In this document: positions 48,010 through 56,666 of the stretch, one piece after another
Numbering within the stretch: position 1 is the stretch's first letter
How the letters are laid out: every line of letters starts with the position of its first letter
IMG/VR virus record: IMGVR_UViG_3300013233_000246
Location: 1-64,000 of that record
DNA length: 64,000 nt
Origin: a virus
Reading direction: 5' to 3' (one strand)
Translations under genes and position numbers: made by a program
The notes under the pieces: generated by a model
The model's database searches: none
The model's input: only the letters and a program-made list of their open reading frames with translations
What the model was told of the DNA's origin: nothing

Positions 48010-48933
48010 ATGGCACTCACTATAGAACAGCTCCAAGCTGTATTCACCAAAAGCGATAACACCGAATCACGTCCAAGCAACTATTACAGGTTCTGGGATA
48101 TGAAATTTGGCGAAACCGCAACCGTACGTTTTTTACCAGACGCTAATGAAAATAACCCATTAGGATTCATGGTTGAAAAACTTATGCACAACCTTACAAT
48201 TAACGGCGAACGTCGTTCAGTACCTTGTCGCAAGATGGTCAATGAAGATTGCCCTATTTGTAGTGTATCAACTGCTTTCTATAAAGAAGAAGGTGATGGT
48301 TCGCAAAACGGAAAAAATTACTGGCGTAAAAAGCAACATCTTGTTCAAGCGTTAATCATCGAAGATCCACTGGCTCCAGATGCAACCACGGGCGAAAATT
48401 CTGAAGGAAAAGTTTGCTACCTTAATTTAGGTTACCAACTTTACAGTGTTATCAAAGAATCACTTACAAGTGGCGACCTTGATGCAATACCATTTGATTA
48501 TGAAAATGGTTATGATTTTATCATCAAGAAGACAGAAGGTCAAGGTGGTAATCCAAAATATGATGTTGGTTCAAAATTCTCGCGTCGTAGCACATCCTTA
48601 ACCGAAGATGAAATTGCGTTTGTAAAAGATGAAATGATTGACTTGTCAACATTAATTCCTAGTGCAATGGATCTTGATAAAATGGAAGCTATGTTAACAG
48701 CTTCACTTACAGGTGAACATTATGAAGATGGTAATTCATCTGGCGGTAATGCAACCACAGCATCAACAACTACAGAATCTACACCAGTAGTATCTGCCGT
48801 TGAATCTACACCAATTGTTGAAGTTGAATCTACACCAGTAGAAACTCAAACTGAAACATCGGCTGAATATTCTGAAAAGGGTGACGCTGTTTTGGAAATG
48901 ATTCGGAAACGTCAACAAAAATCCGCAGAATAA
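48010..48933 (+). CDS. gp32: Single-stranded DNA binding protein
   Basis: ATVRFLPD, H..C..CPIC zinc site, GYDFIIKK, KYD..SKF; acidic tail with ESTP repeats. Confidence 0.92.
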   Translation: MALTIEQLQAVFTKSDNTESRPSNYYRFWDMKFGETATVRFLPDANENNPLGFMVEKLMHNLTINGERRSVPCRKMVNEDCPICSVSTAFYKEEGDGSQNGKNYWRKKQHLVQALIIEDPLAPDATTGENSEGKVCYLNLGYQLYSVIKESLTSGDLDAIPFDYENGYDFIIKKTEGQGGNPKYDVGSKFSRRSTSLTEDEIAFVKDEMIDLSTLIPSAMDLDKMEAMLTASLTGEHYEDGNSSGGNATTASTTTESTPVVSAVESTPIVEVESTPVETQTETSAEYSEKGDAVLEMIRKRQQKSAE

Positions 48934-48944
48934 GGTAACTTGTT

Positions 48945-50027
48945 ATGGCTGATTTTCTCAAAGGTATAAACAAAAAACTTGAGAAATCTGGATTCGATGT
49001 GGGTGAAGCACTTCCCCCACGTTGGTGGATTTCAACTGGTAATTTTGTTTTAAATAAGATTACATCAAAACAATTTAAACGTGGTATTCCACAGGGACGT
49101 TTGACTGGGTTGACAGGGCCATCAGGAGCAGGTAAGTCATATGTACTTTGTAATATTATGCGTGAAGCACAAAAAGAAGGATGTGTTGTTGTGGCGATTG
49201 ATTCTGAAAATGCATTAGACGATGATTTTGTTAGTGCGATTGGAGTTGATATAAGTGACGATAAATATTCACATATTCACGTCGATACTATTGCTGATGT
49301 TATTAGTGTAACGTCTACTATCATACAAGGTTATAAAGCAGATTACGGTGAAGATGTAAATGCACCAAAAGTTTTTATTGGTTGTGACAGTCTTGATATG
49401 TTGATAACAGATACAGAAATGGATAATTATACCAAGAAGGGTATTGTTAAAGGCGACCAAGGACAAAAGAATAAGCAGTTGAAGGCTATGCTCCGTCCAT
49501 TAGTACATGCTATAAAAAAACTTAACGTGGCGATGGTTGTTACGGATCAAGTTTACAAAAATCAAGATACAATGAATGGTGAAGGTACTTGGATAATTAA
49601 AGATGCAGTTCAATATTCATTGTCCCAAATAATATTGATAACTAAACTTAAGCTAAAAAATGATAAAGCTGATAAACAACACATTACTGGTATTAAGATG
49701 AAGTGCTTGGCGTATAAGACACGCTTTGCACAACCATTTCAATCAGTTACTATCGAAGTCCCATATGAAACTGGAATGGACCCATATAATGGATTATTAG
49801 AAGTTGCTAAAGAACTTGGTGTTATCACACAGGCTGGATCTTGGTATGCATTTAATGGAAAAAAATTCCAATCCAAAAATTTTGATGAAATAGCTGAAGA
49901 AGTGTTGGGAGAATGCGACAAATTAAATGTTGATTTCCTTGAAGCTGCAATGGAAGATTTAGAAGAAGTTGGTGTTCCTAAGCCAATATCACGGGAAGAT
50001 AAAATCTCCAATAAGCTTGATAATTGA
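48945..50027 (+). CDS. uvsX: RecA-like recombinase
   Basis: WISTGN..GIPQGR..GPSGAGKS, IDSENALD, DSL, KTRFAQPF. Confidence 0.95.
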   Translation: MADFLKGINKKLEKSGFDVGEALPPRWWISTGNFVLNKITSKQFKRGIPQGRLTGLTGPSGAGKSYVLCNIMREAQKEGCVVVAIDSENALDDDFVSAIGVDISDDKYSHIHVDTIADVISVTSTIIQGYKADYGEDVNAPKVFIGCDSLDMLITDTEMDNYTKKGIVKGDQGQKNKQLKAMLRPLVHAIKKLNVAMVVTDQVYKNQDTMNGEGTWIIKDAVQYSLSQIILITKLKLKNDKADKQHITGIKMKCLAYKTRFAQPFQSVTIEVPYETGMDPYNGLLEVAKELGVITQAGSWYAFNGKKFQSKNFDEIAEEVLGECDKLNVDFLEAAMEDLEEVGVPKPISREDKISNKLDN

Positions 50028-50040
50028 TACAAAATATCCC

Positions 50041-50089
50041 TTGACTTTTGTAACCATATAGTGTATACTGTGCGCTATATGGTTATTTT
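50041..50089 (+). promoter_or_regulatory. Sigma70-type promoter overlapping a terminator-like hairpin
   Basis: TTGACT-17-TATACT; TAACCATATAG..CTATATGGTTA inverted repeat followed by TTTT. Confidence 0.7.
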
Positions 50090-50106
50090 AGTTTTAAGAG
50101 AATATA

Positions 50107-50679
50107 ATGTTTACCCACCAAATTAAATCAGTTAGACGCCCAGCGGAACTAATGAAAGACAATATGATTGTTAAGCATTACGCCGGTTCTATTTCGTATG
50201 GCACAAATCTACCAACGTCCGACGTGGACTTTCGTGGTGTATTTTGTGCCGACCCAATTAATATCCTCGCACCTTTTCACGTTATTAAAGAATGTAAAGA
50301 TCAAGATGAAGAAGATACTAAGTTGTTTGAATTAAGACACTTCTTTAAACTGTGTGTGGATTGTAACCCAAATATTATTGAAACATTATGGGTTGATGAT
50401 TCAGATATCGTCTTTCACACTCAGGTATATGATTATATTCGTAGTTATCGAAATGATTTATTATCGCAAAAGATTGCCTATACAACTTCAGGGTATGCGA
50501 TAGCTCAATTAAAGCGGCTGAAAAGTGCTAAGAAACATGTTAATTATTTACCAGATTTAATACAGTTGTGTAAATTATTATCGAACGCTGTTATAGATGG
50601 CATTATAGATGAAGAGTTTATAGATATTAATTGTGGAAACAAAGTACTTACTTTTATGCGGGAAAATAAATACATATGA
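50107..50679 (+). CDS. Pol-beta family (RlaP/YcgL/NrdC.11-like) nucleotidyltransferase, N-terminal half
   Basis: GSISYGTNLPTSDVDFRGVF, NPNIIETLW, GYAIAQLKR. Confidence 0.88.
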   Translation: MFTHQIKSVRRPAELMKDNMIVKHYAGSISYGTNLPTSDVDFRGVFCADPINILAPFHVIKECKDQDEEDTKLFELRHFFKLCVDCNPNIIETLWVDDSDIVFHTQVYDYIRSYRNDLLSQKIAYTTSGYAIAQLKRLKSAKKHVNYLPDLIQLCKLLSNAVIDGIIDEEFIDINCGNKVLTFMRENKYI

Positions 50680-50713
50680 TAAATACTTACACACAATTGG
50701 CGTGTATAAGGAG
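50678..50713 (+). promoter_or_regulatory. Late promoter plus RBS-overlapping hairpin of the inserted endonuclease
   Basis: GATAAATA 50678-50685; CTTACACAC/GTGTATAAG stem (1 mismatch) includes TAAG of TAAGGAG. Confidence 0.6.
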
Positions 50714-50718
50714 TCATA

Positions 50719-51753
50719 ATGTATACAGCAGAAAAATTAAAGAACAAAATAGAAAAAAAACTGATACGCAAAGATGGTAGACTCAATTCACCATTTTTAC
50801 AAAACGAAGAAGCCAAAAAATTAATAAAGGCAGCAAGGGAAATAACTAAAGATTTTTTAGATGATACTGCAACATTTTCACAAGTTTGGTGGCATATAAA
50901 AAACGATATTATGTATATACCATTATGTGTTGGATGTAATAAAACGGTACCATGGAATAGTAAATATTCAAGATTTTGCACTCAACATTGTGCGGTCACT
51001 TCGGAAGAAGCTTCACACAGGATGAGTAAACAATTTGGGGGAAAGAAACGATCCCAAAAGGATATTTTAGCCGCAGTTGAAGGAAGAAAAGCTTGGACAA
51101 AAAAACGTGGTTATTATCATAGTAAGGAAACAAGGAAAAAATTAAGTTTCGTTAAAATGGGAAAAGATAATCCTATGTTTGGAAAACCTGCGTGGAATCG
51201 TGGATTAATTGGAATAGATAACCCTACATTTGGTAAAACGAGACCATGTACAGGGATGAAAGGTAAAGACAATCCTCAATATGGTCGGTCCCCATCGCCG
51301 AGAGCTGGTAGAGGTATTAGTGGACACTTTAATGGAAATTATTTTAGAAGTAGTTTAGAATTATTGTACTTAATTTATTGGTATGTTAATAATATTGAGA
51401 TTATTAATGCAGAAACGAAAAGATTTAGGGTAGAATATATTGGTACGGATGATACTCATCATACTTATTCGCCGGATTTTTACCTATGCGAACAAAACAC
51501 ATTGGTAGAATTAAAACCAGAAAAGTTGCATACTAATACTGAAGTTATACTTAAATTTAATGCTTTAAAAAATCATCATTCAGATATCAATTGTGAACTA
51601 AGAGGATTTAAAGGGATTGCTGGTTTTATAAGAGATATCATAGAGATGAATAAAATTGAAGATTATAAACAAAATGGTTTATTAAAAATTACAGATAAAC
51701 AATATGAAAGGTTGAAACGAAATTATGGTGACATCATTAGAGCAACTCTTTGA
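50719..51753 (+). mobile_element. Free-standing homing endonuclease (Zn finger + NUMOD3-like repeats + TnsA-like PD-(D/E)xK nuclease) inserted in the nucleotidyltransferase gene
   Basis: CVGC..FCTQHC; HSKETRKKLS; G.DNP.(F/Y)G three times; FRSSLE..YSPDFY..VELKP. Confidence 0.82.
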
Positions 51754-52423
51754 ACATTATTCTATAAATGATGAAGATAAAAATCGCATGGCTCATGTAT
51801 ATATGCCAAAACAAAAGGATTTTGTTTCGTTGGTGCAATATTTTGGCAATGCGAAAATGTTGAAATTAAATTTAAATGAATGGAATAAAAATCATAGATT
51901 GATACCATATGGTAATAATATTTATGGAATATATGAACAAGCCGGATATGATTTATATGATTCTAGAGGAAACCTAAATAGTACGTTTGAAGGCAATCGC
52001 GAAGATTGTGGAAATCCTATCATGATTGTTAAATTTAATGTTGAAGTATACAAACAAACAAAGGAAGAGTATAATAGGTTTTGGGAATGGAGGAATAATA
52101 GAAATCCAATTAGAATGGCAATGGAAGAAGAATTTAATTTTGATGGTAAACATGCTATGCATTTAGTTCGGCTGTTAAGAATGGGTGAAGAAGTTCTAAC
52201 AACCGGTCAGATTATTGTTAAACGTCCAGATGCAGATGAACTACTTGGTATCCGCAATGGTTCTATGACGTATGAAGAAATTGTTGAATATGCCGAAGAC
52301 ATGGATAATAATATCAAGAAAAATTTATTGAAAAATACAGATCTTCCAAAAAATGTGAATTTGATTAAAGCATCCAACATTCTAATGAACGCACAAGAAA
52401 TGGTTTGGAGTAATGATGCCTAA
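51725..52423 (+). CDS. Nucleotidyltransferase, C-terminal half
   Basis: FWEWRNNRN..R...EEEFNFDGKHAMHLVRLLRMG.E.L..G...VKRPDADELL.IRNG. Confidence 0.85.
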   Translation: MVTSLEQLFEHYSINDEDKNRMAHVYMPKQKDFVSLVQYFGNAKMLKLNLNEWNKNHRLIPYGNNIYGIYEQAGYDLYDSRGNLNSTFEGNREDCGNPIMIVKFNVEVYKQTKEEYNRFWEWRNNRNPIRMAMEEEFNFDGKHAMHLVRLLRMGEEVLTTGQIIVKRPDADELLGIRNGSMTYEEIVEYAEDMDNNIKKNLLKNTDLPKNVNLIKASNILMNAQEMVWSNDA

Positions 52424-52952
52424 AACAAACTCGGATGAGTCAGTACTGAATTTTGGAACTGACAGTCCGTTGTTTACCAAAAAGAAAACCATCAAAAAGA
52501 AGGCACCCAAGAAAAAGATCGCAGTACCAAAAAAGGCAAGGCGTAAAGTTGACCCATTGGAAAACAGCAGTCCATTGTTTGTGGAAAAGGAACCCCCAAA
52601 GAAGCGCGGTCCAAAATCACATGCGCAGATTGAAGAAGAAGCGATTATTACTGAAAATAAACGTGTTGCTAAAAAGGCAACTGCACGCGCAAAGAAATTA
52701 CCAAAAAAGAAAGCTAGGGTTTATCCTAAAGTTACTTCACCAAAAAATTGCAAACACATTCTTCCAGCTTTTAAAAAACAGTTATTGGCACAATGGAAAT
52801 TATTGGAAGATGGGACATTGGCAGAATCTTCTGCTGTTGCTAGTTACATTAATGGTGTAATGGTTGTATGTAAAGAAAAACATCCAAAAGAATATGAAGA
52901 ATTATATATATTAAAAGCAATAGCAAAGAAGGTTTATATTGAACGAAGCTGA
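52413..52952 (+). CDS. Lys-rich hypothetical protein
   Basis: Coupled ORF after GGAG RBS. Confidence 0.6.
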   Translation: MMPKTNSDESVLNFGTDSPLFTKKKTIKKKAPKKKIAVPKKARRKVDPLENSSPLFVEKEPPKKRGPKSHAQIEEEAIITENKRVAKKATARAKKLPKKKARVYPKVTSPKNCKHILPAFKKQLLAQWKLLEDGTLAESSAVASYINGVMVVCKEKHPKEYEELYILKAIAKKVYIERS

Positions 52953-53625
52953 AATCAATAATTTAAGAGAATTATATATTCAAGATTTGAGTAAGATAGT
53001 CAATTGCGGTGGCAATGATAGACCACGAGTACGACATCCTGGAAAATGGGCAAAGTTGGATTCTGTTGTTAATTTGAAAGAAAGTGCAATAACATTGGAT
53101 GGAAGAAAAGTTTGGTGTTGGTCGGATTTGCATTTCTGGCATTGGAACATTCTTGAATTTAGTGAACGTCCATATCCTGATATGTATACAATGCATGAAC
53201 ACTTACTCGCAAATCACAATGAACTTGTGGGTAAAGATGATATTGTTATTTGGGGTGGTGATATTGGCTTTAAAGGTACAACTATTCTCAATGAAATGTT
53301 GTCCGAATATAATGGTTACAAAATCCTTATTGTTGGTAACCATGATTTTAATGGTAAGAAACTTCGCAAATTGGATTTTGATGAAACACATTTAATTTAT
53401 ACAATTGAAACGCCAGAAATTGGGATGGTATTTACACATTATCCGATGTATAATGTACCAGAGGATTGGGTTAACGTACATGGACATTTACATGTGTTCC
53501 CCAACCCATTTTCTGATCATCCACGACACATCAACATTAATTGTGAAGTGCAAGGATATAAACCAAGACCTTTGGATGAAATAAAAGAACAGGCAAGAAT
53601 TAAACTTATAGCAGATAATATATAG
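52939..53625 (+). CDS. Calcineurin-like metallophosphoesterase
   Basis: SDLHF.H, GGD, GNHD, THYP, HGHLH. Confidence 0.9.
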   Translation: MNEAEINNLRELYIQDLSKIVNCGGNDRPRVRHPGKWAKLDSVVNLKESAITLDGRKVWCWSDLHFWHWNILEFSERPYPDMYTMHEHLLANHNELVGKDDIVIWGGDIGFKGTTILNEMLSEYNGYKILIVGNHDFNGKKLRKLDFDETHLIYTIETPEIGMVFTHYPMYNVPEDWVNVHGHLHVFPNPFSDHPRHININCEVQGYKPRPLDEIKEQARIKLIADNI

Positions 53626-53637
53626 GAATGAATAGAC

Positions 53638-54585
53638 ATGGGTAGAAATAATAATATTACCGAATGTGTAGAACAACCGAGTTGTCAATCAGATCGCGAA
53701 GAATTTGATGAAGATAAACATACGATGTGGATGGCAGCAGACGGCGGACAAAGATTTTATTCTTGTGAGGTATCAATACCACAGATACCAGCTGGTCAAT
53801 ATGATATGGAATATGATCATAGTCGTGGCGAACCGTATTTTGAAATTAAAGAACCACTCACAGACGACCTTATCATATTACCAGATTCTGCATCAGAAGA
53901 AGTCATTGCAGCAGTTGAAGATTTTTGGACAAAGAAAGATTTGTTCCACAAGTATGGATTTTAACACAAACGCGGCGTTTTGTTATGGGGACCACCAGGT
54001 TCAGGCAAAACTTGTACAGTGGAAATCATTGCACAGAATATTGTAAATGATGGTGGGGTTGCCATGTATATGAAAGAACCAAGCTTCGCATCTTTTGCAC
54101 TTGACTCTTTTCGTGAAGTAGAACCAGAACGACCAATGGTTGTGATGATGGAAGATGTTGATTCTATTATTCATAACTTCGGTGACGCTGCAATATTGAA
54201 TCTTTTGGATGGTGCCGATCAGATAGAAAACGTCCTTTTTATTGCTACTACAAACTATCCAGAGAAGTTGGATAAGCGGATTCGTAATAGGCCAAGCAGG
54301 TTTGATATTGTAAAGCTTATAGATATGCCTTCGGCAGCTGCACGCGAAGAATTCTTGTTGGTTAAAGACTACCATAGATTTGGTGACGGAAATAATTCGC
54401 TGGAATTAAAGAAGTGGGTAAAAGAGACAGAAGGTTTTTCTGTTGCACATCTGAAAGAAGTCATCATTTCTGTTGAAGTGTTCGGCGTATCGTTTGATGC
54501 TACGTTAAGACGCTTGAGATTGATGATGGATAACACTCCATCTTCAGAAGAGATTTCTAAAGAATTGGGAATGGTAGATAGATAA
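53638..54585 (+). pseudogene. AAA+ ATPase interrupted by an in-frame TAA at 53962-53964
   Basis: The two ORFs share a frame; read-through gives KYGF*HKRGVLLWGPPGSGKT; MEDVD, ATTNYPEKLD..RPSRFD. Confidence 0.75.
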
Positions 54586-54588
54586 ATA
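54581..54588 (+). promoter_or_regulatory. Late promoter GATAAATA
   Basis: Late consensus overlapping the AAA ATPase stop. Confidence 0.55.
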
Positions 54589-54606
54589 ATATTATGGTAA
54601 CAAAAA

Positions 54607-54852
54607 ATGAGTAAGCACGATCGTGGCGCGGTTGCACAAGATGTAGCATATACAGTACATCAAGTGAACACTTTGCCAGAAGATGAAGTAAAGTCCTTGT
54701 ATGGTATTGAAATTCTTAAAGATGGTAAAGTGTTTGACCCAACATATAATCAGGAATTTGGTTCAGTTGGTGAATGGGCAGAATTTTGTGCAAACGAAGA
54801 TATGACGGAATATGATGAACATTTTTCGTATGATGATGCAGGATATGACTAA
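54607..54852 (+). CDS. Hypothetical acidic protein
   Basis: ORF coupled to the HAD gene. Confidence 0.6.
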   Translation: MSKHDRGAVAQDVAYTVHQVNTLPEDEVKSLYGIEILKDGKVFDPTYNQEFGSVGEWAEFCANEDMTEYDEHFSYDDAGYD

Positions 54853-55382
54853 TGTTAATGGAAGAACTACAACCAGAAGAAAAGAAGCAATATAAAATTT
54901 ACGTCGATATGGATGGGGTTTTGGCTGATTTTGAAGCTGGTGTGGACAAAATTTTGGATGGCGGGTATAATGATGATAAGTATCATTCAGATCCTGATTT
55001 CAGAAGTAAGATGTGGCGTGCGGTTGCTAAATATTCTAAAGAAGGTGGTCAACTTTGGTCAGAATTGCCAGCAATGAAAGACGCTAAAGAACTTTGGAGT
55101 TATGTCGAAAAATATAATCCGCAGATTCTAACAGCAACTGGTGACCCTTTATATGGTGCCGAAGAACAAAAGCGAGTATGGGTTCCATGGATGGTGGGTT
55201 CTGACATTGTTGTAAATGTTGTCCGCCGTTCTGCTGAAAAAGCACAATATGCAACACCAGAAAGTATATTAATAGATGACCAACCAAAATCTATTGAACC
55301 TTGGAAAGCCGCTGGTGGTATAGGAATACTACACACATCCGCCGCCGATACAATTAATAAATTAAAAGAATTAGGATTATAA
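54852..55382 (+). CDS. HAD-family 5'(3')-deoxyribonucleotidase-like protein
   Basis: IYVDMDGVLADF, ILT, K..W, ILIDD, W..AGGIGILH. Confidence 0.88.
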   Translation: MLMEELQPEEKKQYKIYVDMDGVLADFEAGVDKILDGGYNDDKYHSDPDFRSKMWRAVAKYSKEGGQLWSELPAMKDAKELWSYVEKYNPQILTATGDPLYGAEEQKRVWVPWMVGSDIVVNVVRRSAEKAQYATPESILIDDQPKSIEPWKAAGGIGILHTSAADTINKLKELGL

Positions 55383-55383
55383 A

Positions 55384-55755
55384 ATGTATATAGCATATGT
55401 TCTTACAGAAGCATCAAAAAATGAACTTTTAGAACGTTTTCCACCAAAATATAGTAAAGTAGTAGCACATCATGTGACTATTCAGTTTGGTGTTCCAGAG
55501 GGTACAGAACCACCAGAAATGGCTGATTTGCGTGTGATTGGTGAAGCGGATAGTGGCGATGGATTACAAGCCCTTGTTGTGTCGGTTAATGGTAGCTATC
55601 GTCGTGAAGACGGTAGTACATATCACATCACATGGTCTTTGGAACCAGACAAATACAAGCCAGTAGATTCTAATAAATTAGTTAATAATTACGAAAAGCG
55701 ATGGAAAGTAGTATTGCCCGTGGATATAGAAACTGTCCCAGAGGTTTTAAGTTAA
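55384..55755 (+). CDS. 2H phosphoesterase (cyclic phosphodiesterase-like)
   Basis: Two HxT motifs: HHVTIQF and YHITWS. Confidence 0.8.
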   Translation: MYIAYVLTEASKNELLERFPPKYSKVVAHHVTIQFGVPEGTEPPEMADLRVIGEADSGDGLQALVVSVNGSYRREDGSTYHITWSLEPDKYKPVDSNKLVNNYEKRWKVVLPVDIETVPEVLS

Positions 55756-56624
55756 GATTTGTTGTGTTGGGTTTTTATAATTTGCCAACCTTTCCATTTC
55801 CCCCGCTGAAGTTTTTTACCATGTCTTTGTGCCCTTAGAAATGTATCAAATGGTGCTTTTAACTCAGCACAGACATCTCTCAGATATCCATTACCAACAA
55901 GTTCATTTTCAGGATTAAATACTTTACAAAATACTGCTAATGGATTTTTTGCACCAACATTTCTGCTCATTTCCTGCCATGTCTTTTTTCTTTTTTTCAT
56001 TAATGTGGGGTCTTGAAATGGATGCTTTCTTTGTTTAAATAAATCTCGTAAATTTTGTTTATGTGCTTCGGTATGAATATGTCCACCAGTTCTAGTTATC
56101 CCAGACCTCTTCATTGCTTCTTTGGATGGTCTTGGTGGTCTGGTATTGTTTTTAATTGCCAGTTGTCTAAAATATTCGCGTAATTCTGGATGATTTTTAT
56201 ATCTTAGATTCATCCCATCACTTATTTTCTTTTTGTGTTCTTCAGATAATGTTTTCCCTGTTCTTTGTGCAGACCACATCAATCTAGTTTTTTCGCAAGG
56301 AATCCATCCATAATTACCTTCACCACCTTTTGTTAGATTGTATCCACTTTCAGTGATATGCGTGTTGTATTCTTCGATAAAATAATTCTCCATAATATTT
56401 AAAGTATGTGCTGCATCCATTGAACAATAAATTACTTCAAAACTAAAATTTTCAATACCATATTTTCGTAAAGCTCTGTATATAGGTCTATGTTTTGTTT
56501 CTGTAGAATGGATATCTACTATATGTTTCTCCCAGCGTTTTTCTGGAGGGTTTTGGGATGTATATCCCACATATTGTTTGTTGTTAACCCTATTGACAAT
56601 TCGGTAAATATAGTGTATAATCAT
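55752..56624 (-). mobile_element. GIY-YIG homing endonuclease with NUMOD3-like domain
   Basis: YIYRIVNRVNNKQYVG, RW..H, RKYG.ENF.FE, E..FI, GYNLTKGGEG, LSEEHKKKIS. Confidence 0.9.
56593..56621 (+). promoter_or_regulatory. Perfect sigma70 promoter for rnlA, antisense within the first GIY-YIG codons
   Basis: TTGACA-17-TATAAT. Confidence 0.8.
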
Positions 56625-56658
56625 GGTACTTTCACTATTAATCGTATCGTTATTACTT

Positions 56659-56666
56659 TATTTATG
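56659..56666 (-). promoter_or_regulatory. Late promoter CATAAATA for the GIY-YIG gene, overlapping the rnlA start codon
   Basis: TATTTATG on the plus strand. Confidence 0.6.

Noticed and set aside
48775-48837. GAATCTACACCA three times as a regulatory repeat
   Set aside because: It encodes ESTP repeats in the disordered gp32 tail, which explains it at the protein level.
50568-50679. The tail of the nucleotidyltransferase N-half (CKLL..FIDINCGNKVLT) loosely resembles an intein N-terminal block
   Set aside because: Neither the endonuclease nor the C-half has an intein C-terminal (H)N-C/S/T junction, and the block A match is poor. An intein HMM search would settle it.
50540-51800. Group I intron around the endonuclease
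   Set aside because: The flanks are fully open coding frames with only a 39-nt gap, and no P7 or other core intron elements were recognised.
53962-53964. Genome-wide stop codon reassignment
   Set aside because: TAA, TAG and TGA all end genes at expected positions and long ORFs are intact under the standard code.
56490-56663. N-terminal extension of RNA ligase in the ORF track
   Set aside because: It overlaps the GIY-YIG gene and starts upstream of the promoter; ATG 56664 is the more likely start.
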